From contig OZ024740.1 in assembly GCA_964016885.1 (NCBI GenBank), positions 347,572,001 to 347,636,000 of the forward strand: DNA of 64,000 bases, given 5' to 3'. How positions within the stretch are numbered: position 1 is the stretch's first letter; each line of letters starts with the position of its first letter. The stretch is from Eledone cirrhosa. Lineage: Eukaryota. Below are positions 44,452-58,940 of the stretch, one piece after another. Under the pieces are notes generated by a model that was given only the letters and a program-made list of their open reading frames with translations, had not been told where the DNA came from and did no database searches. The position numbers and the translations under genes were made by a program.

Positions 44452-46115
44452 GTATTTGTGTGTGTGTAAACATTAACTTTTTACACTAACATATTCGAGA
44501 TAACAAATCATACCATCTTAAAAACGGAAAGGCACAGTAGATAATCTTCTCCTAGATACACTGTCTGAATAAAATGTAGGATTTTCATAGCTATAACTTC
44601 GTTTCCATCCAAATCCCGTTTTAAACCTTTAGCATTTACATTACTCTATATTAACCATTGTATTTTGGGGGTAAAAGGTTTCACAATATCGAATCTATGA
44701 AATTTTGATATCATTTATTTTGAGAACAATACCTTAATGTCAGTATGAGTGGCCAGTTACAGCCAGTTTGAACAGAAAGAGGAAAGAAAATTCTGGCCGG
44801 ATATGGCCGGTTTAAATGCTAAAGGATTAACCAGATAATGACGGGTACATCGAATATTGTAGCCGTTGGTCTACAAAAAGGCTTTCACAGCTGAAATAAG
44901 TTTGATCATATAACTGCTGGAATCAGGGCATACCTCGATTAAAACAACGTTGACAATAACATCAACGATAACAACAGTATATATATCAACAGTTTGACAT
45001 AAACAACATCAACGAAAATATCAACAACAACGACAAAACCCACATTACCAGCGGAAACAACTGGTTATAAATGTTGTTAATGCTTTTTGTTATGTCTTCA
45101 AATATGCTGGATTGTTAACAAAAAAAACTTACCCTATTGAGAACGTCTAACAATATTATCTGTTTTGCATGTAAATGGACGAATAGATCACGTTCTTTGT
45201 ATTTGGAAATTAAATGTGTGACGTATTTTCTAACGTTCGGAGAACACCAATCAAATGTTGATGACTAAATACTATTTTTATGTTTACAAATACATTAGCT
45301 CATATATATTCTATTTTACGAAGTTCACATTTGTATAAATAACATTACAAGCTCACAATTCTTTCACACTGAAAATATAAACACATATAACAAATACAAT
45401 TAACCATTGCTAGGAACTTCACAAATCCACGCCCCAAAATATACGACGAGAGCGAGAGAATGATGAAGAAACAAAGGGCAACAAAAACAAAAACATCCAT
45501 CAATTCACGATCAAGTGCGACAATCAGCCACACATCACAAGGATCAACGATATATATCGAGGCAAGCTAATACGATCGCAGCATTACCACGGGTGATGGT
45601 GAGGCTAAGCGGCTGAAACAACCAAGCACACCCACGGCACGGGCATCACCCGGCACCCCAATATGGCGAGCCGCCAGCGATGACAAGATCTTCGTCCATA
45701 GGCTGGAAAAGTAATTGCTAGATAGATCCCTTTATTTCCGGATTTTATTCCATTCGTCAACGGAAGTAGTGACCCTCATATTTACCGCGGCATCCATGAT
45801 GAGGGAGCAAAGGAGACACTGAGGCGTCACATGTGATGCTGCCTGCTTTCGTCAATCGTGTGAAAGCAATCGTGTCCTAGCAAAGTAACCTAAACAAAGT
45901 AACAAGAAACTCCAGCTTCAAAGGAAATATAAAAATTATAGTTCACTAATAACTAGCTGTTGAAACGGCAAGAGCTCAGCCGTCCGGTCCCGACACTTTA
46001 TAATATAACAATACTCTACTACCCCAAGTATCGAGTACTCTGTTGAGTAATGGTCTAACCAGTTTCAAACTTTATATATATATATATTACAATGTTTTCT
46101 ATACCTTTCATTTAT

Positions 46116-46148
<33 letters not shown>

Positions 46149-47619
46149 CAAATAACTATATGCATATATATGTGTCTGTGTGTGTGTGTAAAAGATAAAC
46201 AGAAATAACAATACAATCAGTACAGTATCGACAGTCGGTCGACTTTTCGTCAAATCGGACCGAGGAAACAACGTTTCCGTTGGTCTTTCCAATTGCTCAT
46301 ACTATCTATCGGTTGTCGGAGGTGCAATGTGAAATAAAGTGTCATGCTCAAGGACAAAACGAATCGCCTGGTCCAGAAATCGAAATTACAACCTCACAAT
46401 TGCGAATCCAATTCTCTAACCACTCTGCCACGTGCCTTCATTCACGAAAGAATAAGAAATTAGAAAAATTGAAGGGGCGGACAGGGCGGAAAAAGATAGT
46501 TAAGGGCAGATTTCTAGCAGAGAAACCTAAAATAAGCCTGATCTACCATTAAGCTTGCCATTATTGCAGTTTCCACCGACAAGGTAATATTGTTCATTTT
46601 CTTATATAGGATGGACAATACCAAAGAATTTCAGTTTCATCAGGCAGCTTCTTTGAAAGTTGTATTTACCTGTTAGTAAACGGAAAACGTCTAATGCCTT
46701 TCGAGCATGGTGTAACATTTCAAGCATGCATAGATCAGGCATCTAAGTAAATATGTGTAGACCAAGACAGGGACGGGTATAAATGCCGTTAGATATAGCA
46801 GATATATATCACTTCTATCAACTCAACAATAATAGAGTAGCAAATAACAAACAGAAATTTATTTGTCACTGATATACAGAGAATCTCAATAAATGATAGC
46901 TAAGAAATATCACTCAGAGATTATATAAACATATATAGAGTAACATGTATGAAGTTAGCTAAAGGCAGATTCCTAGCAAAGTAACCTAAAATAAACCTTT
47001 TCTACTATTAATCTCGCCATTACTGCATCTCCACCGATAAGACAATGTTTGCAAATCTATTATTGGAAGCCTGATCTTGGCATGCGTGAAAATTCCAACT
47101 ATGCTCGAACGACAGTGGATGTTTTCCGTTTACTAACAAGTAAATATTAATTTATAATTTCGAAGAAGCTATAATAGAATGGCCAATATTGTTTTATCAG
47201 TGGAACCTGCAGTAAGGGCGAGATAAATGGTAGGGCATGCTTATTGTATGTTACTTTGTTAGAAATCTGCCCATAGTTAACTTTGTAAAAGTTAGTATAT
47301 ATATGTATTATTTAGAAAGTGAGGTTATTTACAAAATGAGAAAAAACTGAGGTGTCCTAAACGAGTGAAAGTATAAGAAAAAAAGATGAAATCGAAAATG
47401 CAACTGGAGTCTTCTTTTTTTATATATATTTATTTGGTTCCTTTACCGGTTTCGCAGTAGAATTGAGATGGAAAGTTTGTGGGTTTTCTCACATCTGTGA
47501 TATATATATATATACTAGCTTTTACAAAGTTAACTATGGGCAGATTTCTAACAAAGTAACATACAGTGAGCATGTCCTACAATTTATCTCGACATTACTG
47601 CAGGTTCCACTGATAAAAC

Positions 47620-47709
<90 letters not shown>

Positions 47710-47834
47710 CGGGTAAAATTCCCGAGATCCATGGACGAGTTCTCTCCAGCGGTCTCTGTCCTTCATCATCGCTGCCATACATATATATATAACATGTAGC
47801 GCAGTAAATAAATATATACATATACACTAGGTAT

Positions 47835-48066
47835 ATATATAATGTATAATAAACAATACAATATAATTACCTCATTACCATAGGTTTCCCGAATAAGACG
47901 AATACGAAAAACGTCCTCATTCGTTCATCGGACAAGGCAATTTAAAACATGTTTTAAATTGCCTTGTCCGGTGAACGAATGAGGACGTTTTTCGTATTCG
48001 TCTTATTCGGGAAACCTCTGGTAATGAGGTAATTATATTGTATTGTTTATTATACATTATATATAT
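47835..48066. repeat. Spacerless palindrome
   Basis: Centre TTTAAAACATGTTTTAAA (~47941-47958); about 115-bp arms with about 2 mismatches. Confidence 0.9.
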
Positions 48067-48849
48067 ACCTATATATATATTGTTATACATGAGGAGGCTC
48101 ATATTTGTGTATAATAATATTGCCAGAATTAATAAGAGAACACACTCACTGTTTGGTTGGTTTTAGCTTCTTTGTCTTTTATATCGGTTAATTTAATTTA
48201 TTCGGTCCTCAATGTTACAGTGAGTGTGTTCTGTTATTAATTCTGGCAATATTATTATACACAAATATGACCCTCCCCAAGTATACCAATATTTGTTTCG
48301 ACACGCGATTTCATATCAAAAACCTCACAAAACTAATTCATATATATATATGTATATGTATATATATATGTATATATGTCTTCCTAAACGAACACTGAAA
48401 TGTAAAACGTATACTGGTTTAAGTAAGTTTGTCATTTTTACCTATTACCGTTTTTCACCTCGTTTCATATTTTGCTTTTGTTTCCTTTACTGTTTTTGTT
48501 TTTGTTTCCTTTACTGTTTTTTGTTTATATCACATTCCTATGACAATACACAATTACAAAGACTACAACGCATTAAAACGAAATACGAAATACAAAGAAT
48601 ATATTAAGCAAAAACAAAAATTATCAGGGGAAGTAACTTAATGATAATCTTTTAAATTTATTTCCCTTGGAAAAAGCCAATTTTGATTTTAAATATTTTA
48701 TGTAGCAATTATCTTAGCTTCAATTTTGATTTTATCTTACATTCACTTAAACATTTTTGCTGTCGTTTTTCTTGTTACCAGAGCTATTGTTGTTTTTGAA
48801 CTGCAAACACGGAGATTATCATGCTACATTATTTATATATATAAAGAAG

Positions 48850-49015
48850 GTCGGACCCCATGCTTTGCAGCAAAGAGTTACGTCCCTTTATGGTCTGAGT
48901 TCAAATCCCGCTGTGACTAACTTTGCCTTTCATCTTTACGGGGTTGATAAAATAAAGCACCAGTAATACACTGGGATAATTGCTGGCCTTGTGCCAAATG
49001 TAGAAACAATTATTT
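48850..49015 (+). mobile_element. SINE (5'-clipped)
   Basis: Match to the SINE consensus. Confidence 0.8.
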
Positions 49016-50196
49016 ATATATATACAAAACTCCTCTGTGAAACCTGTGTATCATATAGATCAAGGTATCTAGTTGAACTGACTTCTACATGTCATGATAT
49101 CCTCTGAGGTGGTGGTATGAACACGAACACATCACCAAGTAGATATCATATCATATTCTCACACGCTTTAATTTGAACATAGGTTTCATCCATGGCAAGG
49201 CTTATTTCTTAACACAAACCTTTATTATATGTGAGAACACACCGCAGCTCTAACACTTCAAGATCTTTGTTATAGATTTGTATCTGTTTCTGTGACACAC
49301 CAACTCACACATTCTTGACAAAGTTCAACTGTTGTTCAGAATTACTTGCAGGTGTGATGTCATCCACTCACGTGCCTGTTCAAAAGTTTCACTATCAACA
49401 AAGAATAACTTGATAGGTGCATTAGTCTCTAAAAGTGCCTTGACAAGGTCGTGTAACCTTGAATAACCAAAACATGTCATATTAGCACTTCATAGACGTG
49501 TTGGTCTCCGGAAAAGACTTGAGAAGAGCATGTGCATTGTGAATGTTCCGTCCATGATTAGTATAACACCTGTCTCTTCAAGGAGGCACCGACACTATCT
49601 GGAAAGTCCTAGCCATGGTTAAACTAAAAACTTTTCCAAGTTTCCTCTTTGATGCTTGTTTTCTCTAGCTTAGTTCTACACAGGACAAAGAAGGGTCATT
49701 AAGGGTCATTATCAAAAGAGCGTATCACAGAATTTTCTTTCTATGTTGCCTGCATATAATCCAATACAGTACTGAAATGTTCCCATATGGCTGCTGGGTT
49801 TTTACTTTTGTGGGAATACTGTGCTGAAGGTAGTCGTTTTATGGTTGCCACCTACAGAAACTATCAATGTAAGTTTTCTCTCTTTTTTAGTAAAGGTTTG
49901 AGGCGTGATTTTTCTGTGTACACTTTCTAATAAAAAAAAAAATTGCAGGTTTGAATGTGATGAGATTGTATGTCATGAGTTTTAAGTTTTCGATCAGTAG
50001 TAGCCATATCTTTATAATCAGCTAATACATTATCATCAAGTGGTATTAAGGACACCATACGTTAAAGAAATTCCACACAATATTGAGAGATACCAGCAGC
50101 ATCTTATCATCGTGGTAGATCAAGATCAGACTGCTGCATGCACTGGTGCTCTCCCACTTCCTGCACGTATGCGAGAATGGTCTTTTACTAAAGATA

Positions 50197-50592
50197 TATG
50201 AGAGGGGGCTGAAAAGTTCATAGGTTGACTATCAAGCAATGATGCTAGGGCTGTGAAATCATGCATGCATTAATTTCTACTCTTTTTATTATTAGCTGTC
50301 TTGTTTCCTTCCAGATAAACTGACATATGACTTTTCAAAGAAGTCTTCAAAGAAAATGGACAATATTGTGCATCGTAGTATTATCAAGTACCTACAGAAA
50401 AAGGGTTTAGCCCCCAAGGACTTTCATGCGACATGTTTGTTACATTAGTGGATGACGCTCCAGCTTTATCACCAGAGCAAAAGTGGGCAGCTGAATTTAG
50501 GAATAAAAGGGAGAGTCTTGATATTAGCTGAAGTTCTGGACGTCCTGGAACTACCACCATAAAGGAAAACATTGATCATGTTCACCACATGA
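50197..50592 (+). mobile_element. Mariner transposon relic (left TIR plus transposase N-terminal HTH)
   Basis: TIR-like TATGAGAGGGGGCTGAAAAGTTC; MDNIVHRSIIKYLQKKG...KWAAEFR..RESL...SGRP with frameshift and stop. Confidence 0.75.
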
Positions 50593-50851
50593 AATCCTAT
50601 TTCTTTTTTATTATATGCAAATGAGATTAATCACCTCATTTACACAGACGAGAAATGTATATATTCTCGTCTGTCTTCTAGTGCAGCAGTCGCAAGCGGT
50701 GGGAGGGACCGTCCTGACGAAGGCCAGTTAAGCGTTAAAGGCATAGACGGTTGTGCCCCTTGCTTCTGCTGGACATCACCAGAGGGCGTTAGCCCCCCGT
50801 TGTTTGCATAGCTACGGCTTCCTAAAACCGTATTTCCTTGGTGATAAGAAA

Positions 50852-50896
<45 letters not shown>

Positions 50897-50990
50897 TAGA
50901 AAATGTGCGAGATCCATGGTACAGTTATAATATTGTAAAATGAAATCAAATTGTATAGAAGTACAAGTGAAGTCATTCTTTCCCTTTTTT

Positions 50991-51025
<35 letters not shown>

Positions 51026-51033
51026 GCACACAG

Positions 51034-51089
<56 letters not shown>

Positions 51090-51498
51090 GTAATCTGACT
51101 TTTTCGAAGATTAATGATAATATTTGATTCGTTTGCAATTATGCAAAGAAGCCTTATTTTTAAAGCCATGTCAGTAAAATGAGCCCCTCATTCTTGCTCT
51201 TGTGTTGGCATGTAAATAGAACGGTAGACGTTAATGTTTCTGGATATTACCCTTCAACAGTACAGTTCGCTGTTCACCTGCCAACTGTCAGAGCTAGTGA
51301 AAATATATGATATATTCTAAAATATATAGTGACTGATCAGCCTGATTTGCATATTAGCAGACTGGCTGATCAGACAGATCTGCATATCAGTAGATCCATT
51401 GATCAGCCAGATTTGCATATCACCAGACTGGTCAGTCAGTTTCCTGTATACGAGCGATCGAATGACCGGCTTTGACATATTCAAATAAAAATTTATAA

Positions 51499-52054
<556 letters not shown>

Positions 52055-52449
52055 TTCCGTCCAGAATTAGCCGTTGAAACGGCTTGAGCTCAGCCGTCGG
52101 GGTCCTACTCGTTCCTATATATATATATATATATATGACCCTTCTTCCTCTCGTTAGACCTGTGCAAAATTCCTTCCTTGCTCACATTTCAACCAGGTTT
52201 GATGGTCTTTATTCTCTCTCGTTCACGATTCCACCGAACTTATATTCATGGAAATTTTTGGTCTTGACTCGCTCTTCCTCACTTTTCGTTGCTTCACCAT
52301 CTTTGTTTGTTTACACTCTCGCTGTTCCATTTAATTACATGTCCCAGCGACTTTCTTTAGCCGTTGCTCGCACCAACCGGAGGTATATGGTCTTTAAAGC
52401 GAAGAAATACCGATGATGGTTGGAAGATCACTGATGAAGGACCACTTTA

Positions 52450-52491
<42 letters not shown>

Positions 52492-52857
52492 AGGATATTA
52501 GATAAATGGAAACTATATTTATAAAACCATATTTATTCTATTATATATATTTTAAGGGTACCAAAAAACTTTGGTACGCTTTCATCAGATAAAATACAAA
52601 GTGTGTTTTATAAATTTTGACATAGCCAAGGAAAATCATACCTTATCAGTTGAATACTACTCAGTGAATATTCAACTTATCAGGTATGATTTTCCTTGTA
52701 TATATATATAATAGAATAAACATGGTTTTATAAATATAGTTTCCATTTATTTAATATCCTTGAATATTTACTCCAGAAAACTGTCGAGTGCTCTGAATCA
52801 GTTATAAACATTTATATTTGTTGGATTTCCAACAAATTAAATATCCCTTCTCCATAT

Positions 52858-53355
52858 ATACATACTACTGTACGTCTGTATACATATATGTATGTACGTA
52901 TACATACATACTTATATTTAAGTAAGTGCCGTACTAAGAGTGTGAAATGAAATTTCGTTTCATTCTATTCCATTTATCGCTTTCGGTGTGCCCGGCCGAC
53001 TGAACTCACTCGATATGCAAATTAGGCTGCTCAGCCGTTAATATGCATAAGGAAAGTATATACTTTCAGACGTTCAACCATCTGGCAGGAAGGTATACGA
53101 TGCTGACGATAGCTAATAAGCTTAAAGCTAGTACATCCTTCCTGTGTCAGTGTTGAACAAAAAGGTGACGTGGTTGCCTAAACACTGTACGGCGTAATTC
53201 GGGCTGTTTGTTCGTTTACAAACAAACAAACCGAGCATTATAATAAATGTTCGGTAAACCGATACGTGCATATATATATGTGTGCATGTATGTATATATA
53301 TACATACTACTGTACGTCTGTATACATATATGTATGTACGTATACATACATACAT
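52858..53355 (+). mobile_element. Second copy of the 5109-5631 family
   Basis: Colinear similarity; repeat offset 442 nt; hammerhead-like core 53099-53137. Confidence 0.7.
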
Positions 53356-53361
53356 ACTTAC

Positions 53362-53456
<95 letters not shown>

Positions 53457-53472
53457 TGTGTGTGTGTGTGTG

Positions 53473-53522
<50 letters not shown>

Positions 53523-53796
53523 ATTGGTGTTGGATGCTTAAAGCGTCTGTATGCGGGAGGCCGTTTGACCACTTGATGCTCTCACAGAGCAGAGTATGAT
53601 ATCACAAAAAAAAAGAGAATCAGTGTTGCGACGAATGGAATTTATTGGACATATTACAATCGTTTCTCTGGCGACCAGCTCGAGGCACGATCGATGTGAT
53701 GATCGAACCTGACACTGAAATCGCAAGGTCCTCAGATATGACTTGATTCTACGAACTGGTCCCGAGAGAAACGATTGTAATATGTCCAATAAATTC

Positions 53797-53850
<54 letters not shown>

Positions 53851-53893
53851 AATAAATAACAAAGAACGCTTATAGCATATGCATATCTTTACT

Positions 53894-53939
53894 TGCTAAC
53901 ATTGTTTCATCCGCACTATAAGTGGGACTCATCAGAGCA
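53894..53939 (-). ncRNA. Minimal hammerhead ribozyme
   Basis: Minus strand TGCT-CTGATGA-GTCCCAC/GTGCGGAT-GAAAC-AAT-GTT-AGCA. Confidence 0.7.
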
Positions 53940-54539
53940 TAAAGGTTAATTACATACCATACAAGCAATAACAAATCCAAGACATTGAAGAATGAAAGGT
54001 AATAATAGACGATAGAGGATAAGAATAAAAATAAAAATAAAAGTAAAAATAAAAATAAAAATAAAAATAAGGGGTGCTATCAGTCACAGTTGGGCGGGGT
54101 GCTGTCAACATATAGTTACTTACAAGCATACACATGGATAAGAGTACAGACAAGAGTAGACACATGGATAAGAGAACAGACAAGAGTAGATAAGATAATG
54201 GGATTAGGTAAGAGTAGGTAAAAAATAGGTAAAAAATAGGTGAAAAACAGACTTATAATATATATAAAAAGAAATACAAAGAAATACATAACAAACTTAC
54301 ATATAAAATATAAAAAATAAAATATAGGGTAAGGAATGAGATAAAATAATATAAAATTAAAAATTAAAAATTATATACATAGAACATAATATAGTATAAT
54401 CGTAAAATAAGATAAAATAAGGTAAACTAAAATCAAATAACATAGACTAAATTAAAATAATATAATATAAGATATAATTAAATGTATAATTAAATGTAAT
54501 TAAATGTAATTAAATAAAATAAAATAAAATAAAATAAAA

Positions 54540-54570
<31 letters not shown>

Positions 54571-54665
54571 AAATAAAAATTAAAAATTAAATAAATAAAT
54601 AAAATTTAAATTTAAATTTTAAAATTTTAAAATTTCAAAATTAAAATTAAAATTAAAATTAAAAT

Positions 54666-54713
<48 letters not shown>

Positions 54714-56799
54714 ATGGAGTCAAGTAAGTAAATAAATAAATAAAATTAGATAACATGAAATAAAGTAAATTGAGATAAGGTATATATTTTTTAGAATATA
54801 TCTCTTGAATATATCAGGGGCCCACGAAGGCACTAAATGTCACAGTTATATGTATCACTTGACCAATTTTTTAAAAAATATTTTTCATGAAAACATCAGG
54901 GGCCCGCGAAGGCACTAAGTGTCACAGTCACCAGTATCACTTGACCATTGCAAGGCAATGGAGGCGTCCCAGGTTGGGCAGTCTCGAAAGTTCACTCGAA
55001 AGTCATAGGTGTGCATTCACACAGTTGAGCGGTGGGGTAATCACAAACCGGTTCACACACGGGCAGGAGTCAATTGGTCAGAGAGGTGCATCAAAGGAGG
55101 TAGAAGAATTCACATGCATTAGCAAGCGAGGTGAGATTAAAGCAAGCAGATACAGTTGTAGCGCATACAAAATATATATAAAGACAGAAGATATATAAAA
55201 AGCCATTAAGTCACCGCATTGGGACATCACAAGATTGTACACATCAATATGTTCAGCACGTATATGCACGTATACACACCACATGCATATGCAGAGACGG
55301 TATACATATATATATATATATATTTTTTATATATATACACAGACACATATAACCACCTACACCCATACACATATAAATGTATACACGGACACACACGCAC
55401 ACACACACAGCGTAGGACACCCGGGTCAAAGCCGATATTAAATACGATATTAAATACGATATTAAACACCGAAATACCACATTAGACCAGACCCACCACC
55501 ACAGGTAATATATTCAGATCAAATACATACGATGAGATGTATTAAAATAAAGTTGAAATCCTACGGAGATATTCATGTCTGCACGTGCCATTGACCGGTT
55601 CATTTATTATATTTATTATATTACGGCTCTGTCCTTACATTGAGCTAACCTCATACTGCCTGCTGGATAAGTGGAGTGTTATACACCCCTGATCCTTTCC
55701 CTAGCATACTATATATATATATATACATACACATATATATATATATATTTACAATGAGTGGAAGAAGATTCGGAATGAAAGTGTTAACTTTTAGTGCATA
55801 ATGTGATGAAGTAAATACTAAATATGTGCGTGATACATAAACTTCGGTTTTACCTTACAACAAAACGAAATATGCCTATTGTCTATTGATTGTTGGGATT
55901 CCACATATTGACATCGTTGTGGATGGAATTAATACTGGTAGATATTTCATCCTCTACAAAATGGGTGAGATTTTAAAAATGGTTGAATGGTGTTAATAGT
56001 AGAATAGGCATAAACATCTATTAGGATTAAACTATCAGTTTGACAATCCCTTTCCTCATACAAGATTATTATGCCAATTCTACTATTAACACCATTCAAC
56101 CATTCCTTTCAAAGGGTCATGACCTCAACTAAAGTGTATTACTTTTCATCTTAACACCATATGAAAAAAACAATTTGATTCGTTAGTTCTTCAAACACCT
56201 CCAAATAAGGACATGATACTAACATACTACTAATTCTGAATAAAATTATTATTGAATAAAATTATTATTGCTTTTGAAAACAGCTGGTGATATGCATGTA
56301 AGTAAATATTCTCTTTATCTGATATTTTGTAACTAACTTTACATAGATCAATAACGGAGTATAACTACAATGTATTATCATCATCTAGAAACGATCGTAA
56401 AGCAGTGAAGTATATCTCTAATGACTTGATATTTTATTTCATTGTTTTATCTTATATATATATATAAACGTTATCATATACATAAAATTAAAGATATATA
56501 TATGTTGCAACTGTTCACTTTTAAGATCTATGAAGAATTAATAAATTAAAATCAAAAAAATCAGACCATTATATCATAAATCATGTCTTTAGAATCATCA
56601 GATATTAAAATATATACTATTTCTTCTTCTAATTAGCATAATTAACCATATACAAAATCAAATCTAGCAAGCTTTAAGAATAAATTTTCTTATGTGGAAA
56701 TCAGAGAAGGATTTTCCTTTCCTAGGGCTAAGACCTATATTAGCTGGCAGTAGGTCATATATTTTGTCGTTCCTGGGACGTTTAGCCCTAGGAAAGGAA

Positions 56800-56888
56800 A
56801 ATGCTTCTCTGATGAGCTTTGGTTTTCCATCAGAAATCCATCGGATTTATGAGGTTTTACAAAGCGAAACTGATCAGTAAGGGCCATT
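56800..56888 (+). ncRNA. Type I hammerhead ribozyme (tandem copy A)
   Basis: CTGATGA-GCTTTG...CAAAGC-GAAAC-TGATCA-GTA; stem I AATGCTTCT/AGGGCCATT. Confidence 0.8.
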
Positions 56889-57287
56889 AGAAGAGGTAAA
56901 TATTTATATTATATTTTTTAATGTATTTTAAAAATTTGGTTGAATTTTACTTGTTCTGCTTATCTTAATATTAAAGTTCTTGTGTATCAAATTAATACCA
57001 TTGAACAACCTTGAATCATAGACAACCTATGTTTTTCTAGGGGTACCTAGTATCCTTGGACATATTAACTTCATTCTTTATCCTCCGTTATGTTGAGAAC
57101 AAATCTGTTGTTCTATTTACCTGCTATTTCTTTTAGTAGTAATTGTAGACAGCAAGTCTATGATTTTCCCGCTTTTACTTCGGTCCAGTTTACATACGGG
57201 TCACTTTTACGACTTTTCAGACCTATATTAGCTGGCAGGAGGTCATATATTTCGTCGTTCCTGGGACGTTTAGCCCTAGGAAAGGAA

Positions 57288-57376
57288 AATGCTTCTCTGA
57301 TGAGCTTTTATTTTCCATCATAAATCCATCGGATTTATGAGGTTTTACAAAGCGAAACTGATCAGTAAGGGCCATT
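57288..57376 (+). ncRNA. Type I hammerhead ribozyme (tandem copy B)
   Basis: Same core 488 nt downstream. Confidence 0.78.
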
Positions 57377-57452
57377 AGAAGAGGTAAATATTTATATTAT
57401 ATTTTTTAATGTATTTTAAAAAATTGGTTGAATTTTACTTGTTCTGCTTATC

Positions 57453-57493
<41 letters not shown>

Positions 57494-57578
57494 CGAAGGA
57501 ATTGTGGTAGGGAACCAGATGGATCATAACGTCTAGAAATAGCCGTCGAAACGGCTTGAGCTCTGCCGTCGTGGTCAT

Positions 57579-57632
<54 letters not shown>

Positions 57633-58034
57633 AAGATATATGTATACATGCATGCATATACAGTATATTGGAGATGTGTCGTGTGCGTGTATATGTATGT
57701 TTTGTGTGGACGTGTGTGTGTTTGTAACTTTTGAACCGGGGATTAGAGCATTGCTGCTGAAAATCACAATGTGTTATAAATGACTGTTGCTTTTTTTTGC
57801 AGGATCCACAATATTCTACGTGACCTTTAAACAATTTTGATAACAGAAAGAGAGAGAGCAACGCGAAAGAAAACGCAAACAACATATTATGTATTTATAC
57901 AAGTATTTATGTTTATTTTTTTATTTCTCATTCCGGGCCATACTTCTTAATTGCATCGACCAAAATGAAGCTTTTTCAGTGGCGCACCATTTTCTGATTT
58001 CTTTCCTCTATAACGATAAAAAAAAACACATTAT

Positions 58035-58940
58035 GTATATACATGCATATACCCTAAGAGTCACAGAGGAGGGGTCTATATACTCCACATTTTACAGGGA
58101 GAATGCCTGCAGAGACATTTTTGGGTACCACTAAACTGCCCTTCCCTACAGGGCCAGAATGGCTTATATACGAAATGAGATATCGCGGATACTCAACAGA
58201 TTCAGCAGGTGTAGCGACAGAAATTACCAGCTCCGTGGAACTCCAAAGAATTCTCACCAAACTCAGTAATGCCAGGGCAGCAACACGTAAAAGAACAAGG
58301 TGAACACGTGCCCCTAAGGATATTTGCTATCTAAAGCTGCCGCATTTCAATGAGAAGAGTTCCTCTGACAAGGGCAAGTTTCATCACTGTCAATTCAGTA
58401 CCTGTCCTGTCCGGATAGTAACCAGGGATCAATTATGGATATTTAACAAGATTTAATGGAGGGATGGGGGGGGGGCAATAACATCGATTCCACATTCGAA
58501 CTAGATCTTGCTCCTTGGAGATTTCAATTCATGTGTGGGAAAGGACGACCACATCTGGAGTGTTTTAGGACTTCACGACATGTACAAGGTGAATGCCAAT
58601 GGTCTTCTCCTTTTGCAATTAATTATGCACTGAGTTTGAGCTGGTCGTGTCCAATAATTCTTTTCGGTTAAAAGAGATCCACTTGCCAACATGGATACAC
58701 CCGAGATCCAAACATCGACTCATCTTGGAATATATCGCCACCAGGAAGAGAAACCTCCATGATATCTTCTCTTTAAGAGTAATGCGTGGTGTAGAATGTG
58801 ATACGGCCCATAAAATCGTACGTATCAAGATAAAAGTGCAGATCAGAGAAAACATGAGGGCAGCCGAGGTATAACTGCCAAAACGTATAGATGTGTCCAA
58901 ACTGCAAAGTTTAAAATTAAGAGATGCTCTTGATAGAACT
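58035..58940 (+). mobile_element. Degenerate RTE LINE AP-endonuclease fragment
   Basis: NANGLLLL, TWIHPRSK, RVMRGVECDTAH motifs. Confidence 0.8.

Noticed and set aside
50713-50750. CTGACGA hammerhead candidate (also CTGATGA at ~52431 and minus strand ~52590)
   Set aside because: No properly placed GAAA or stems
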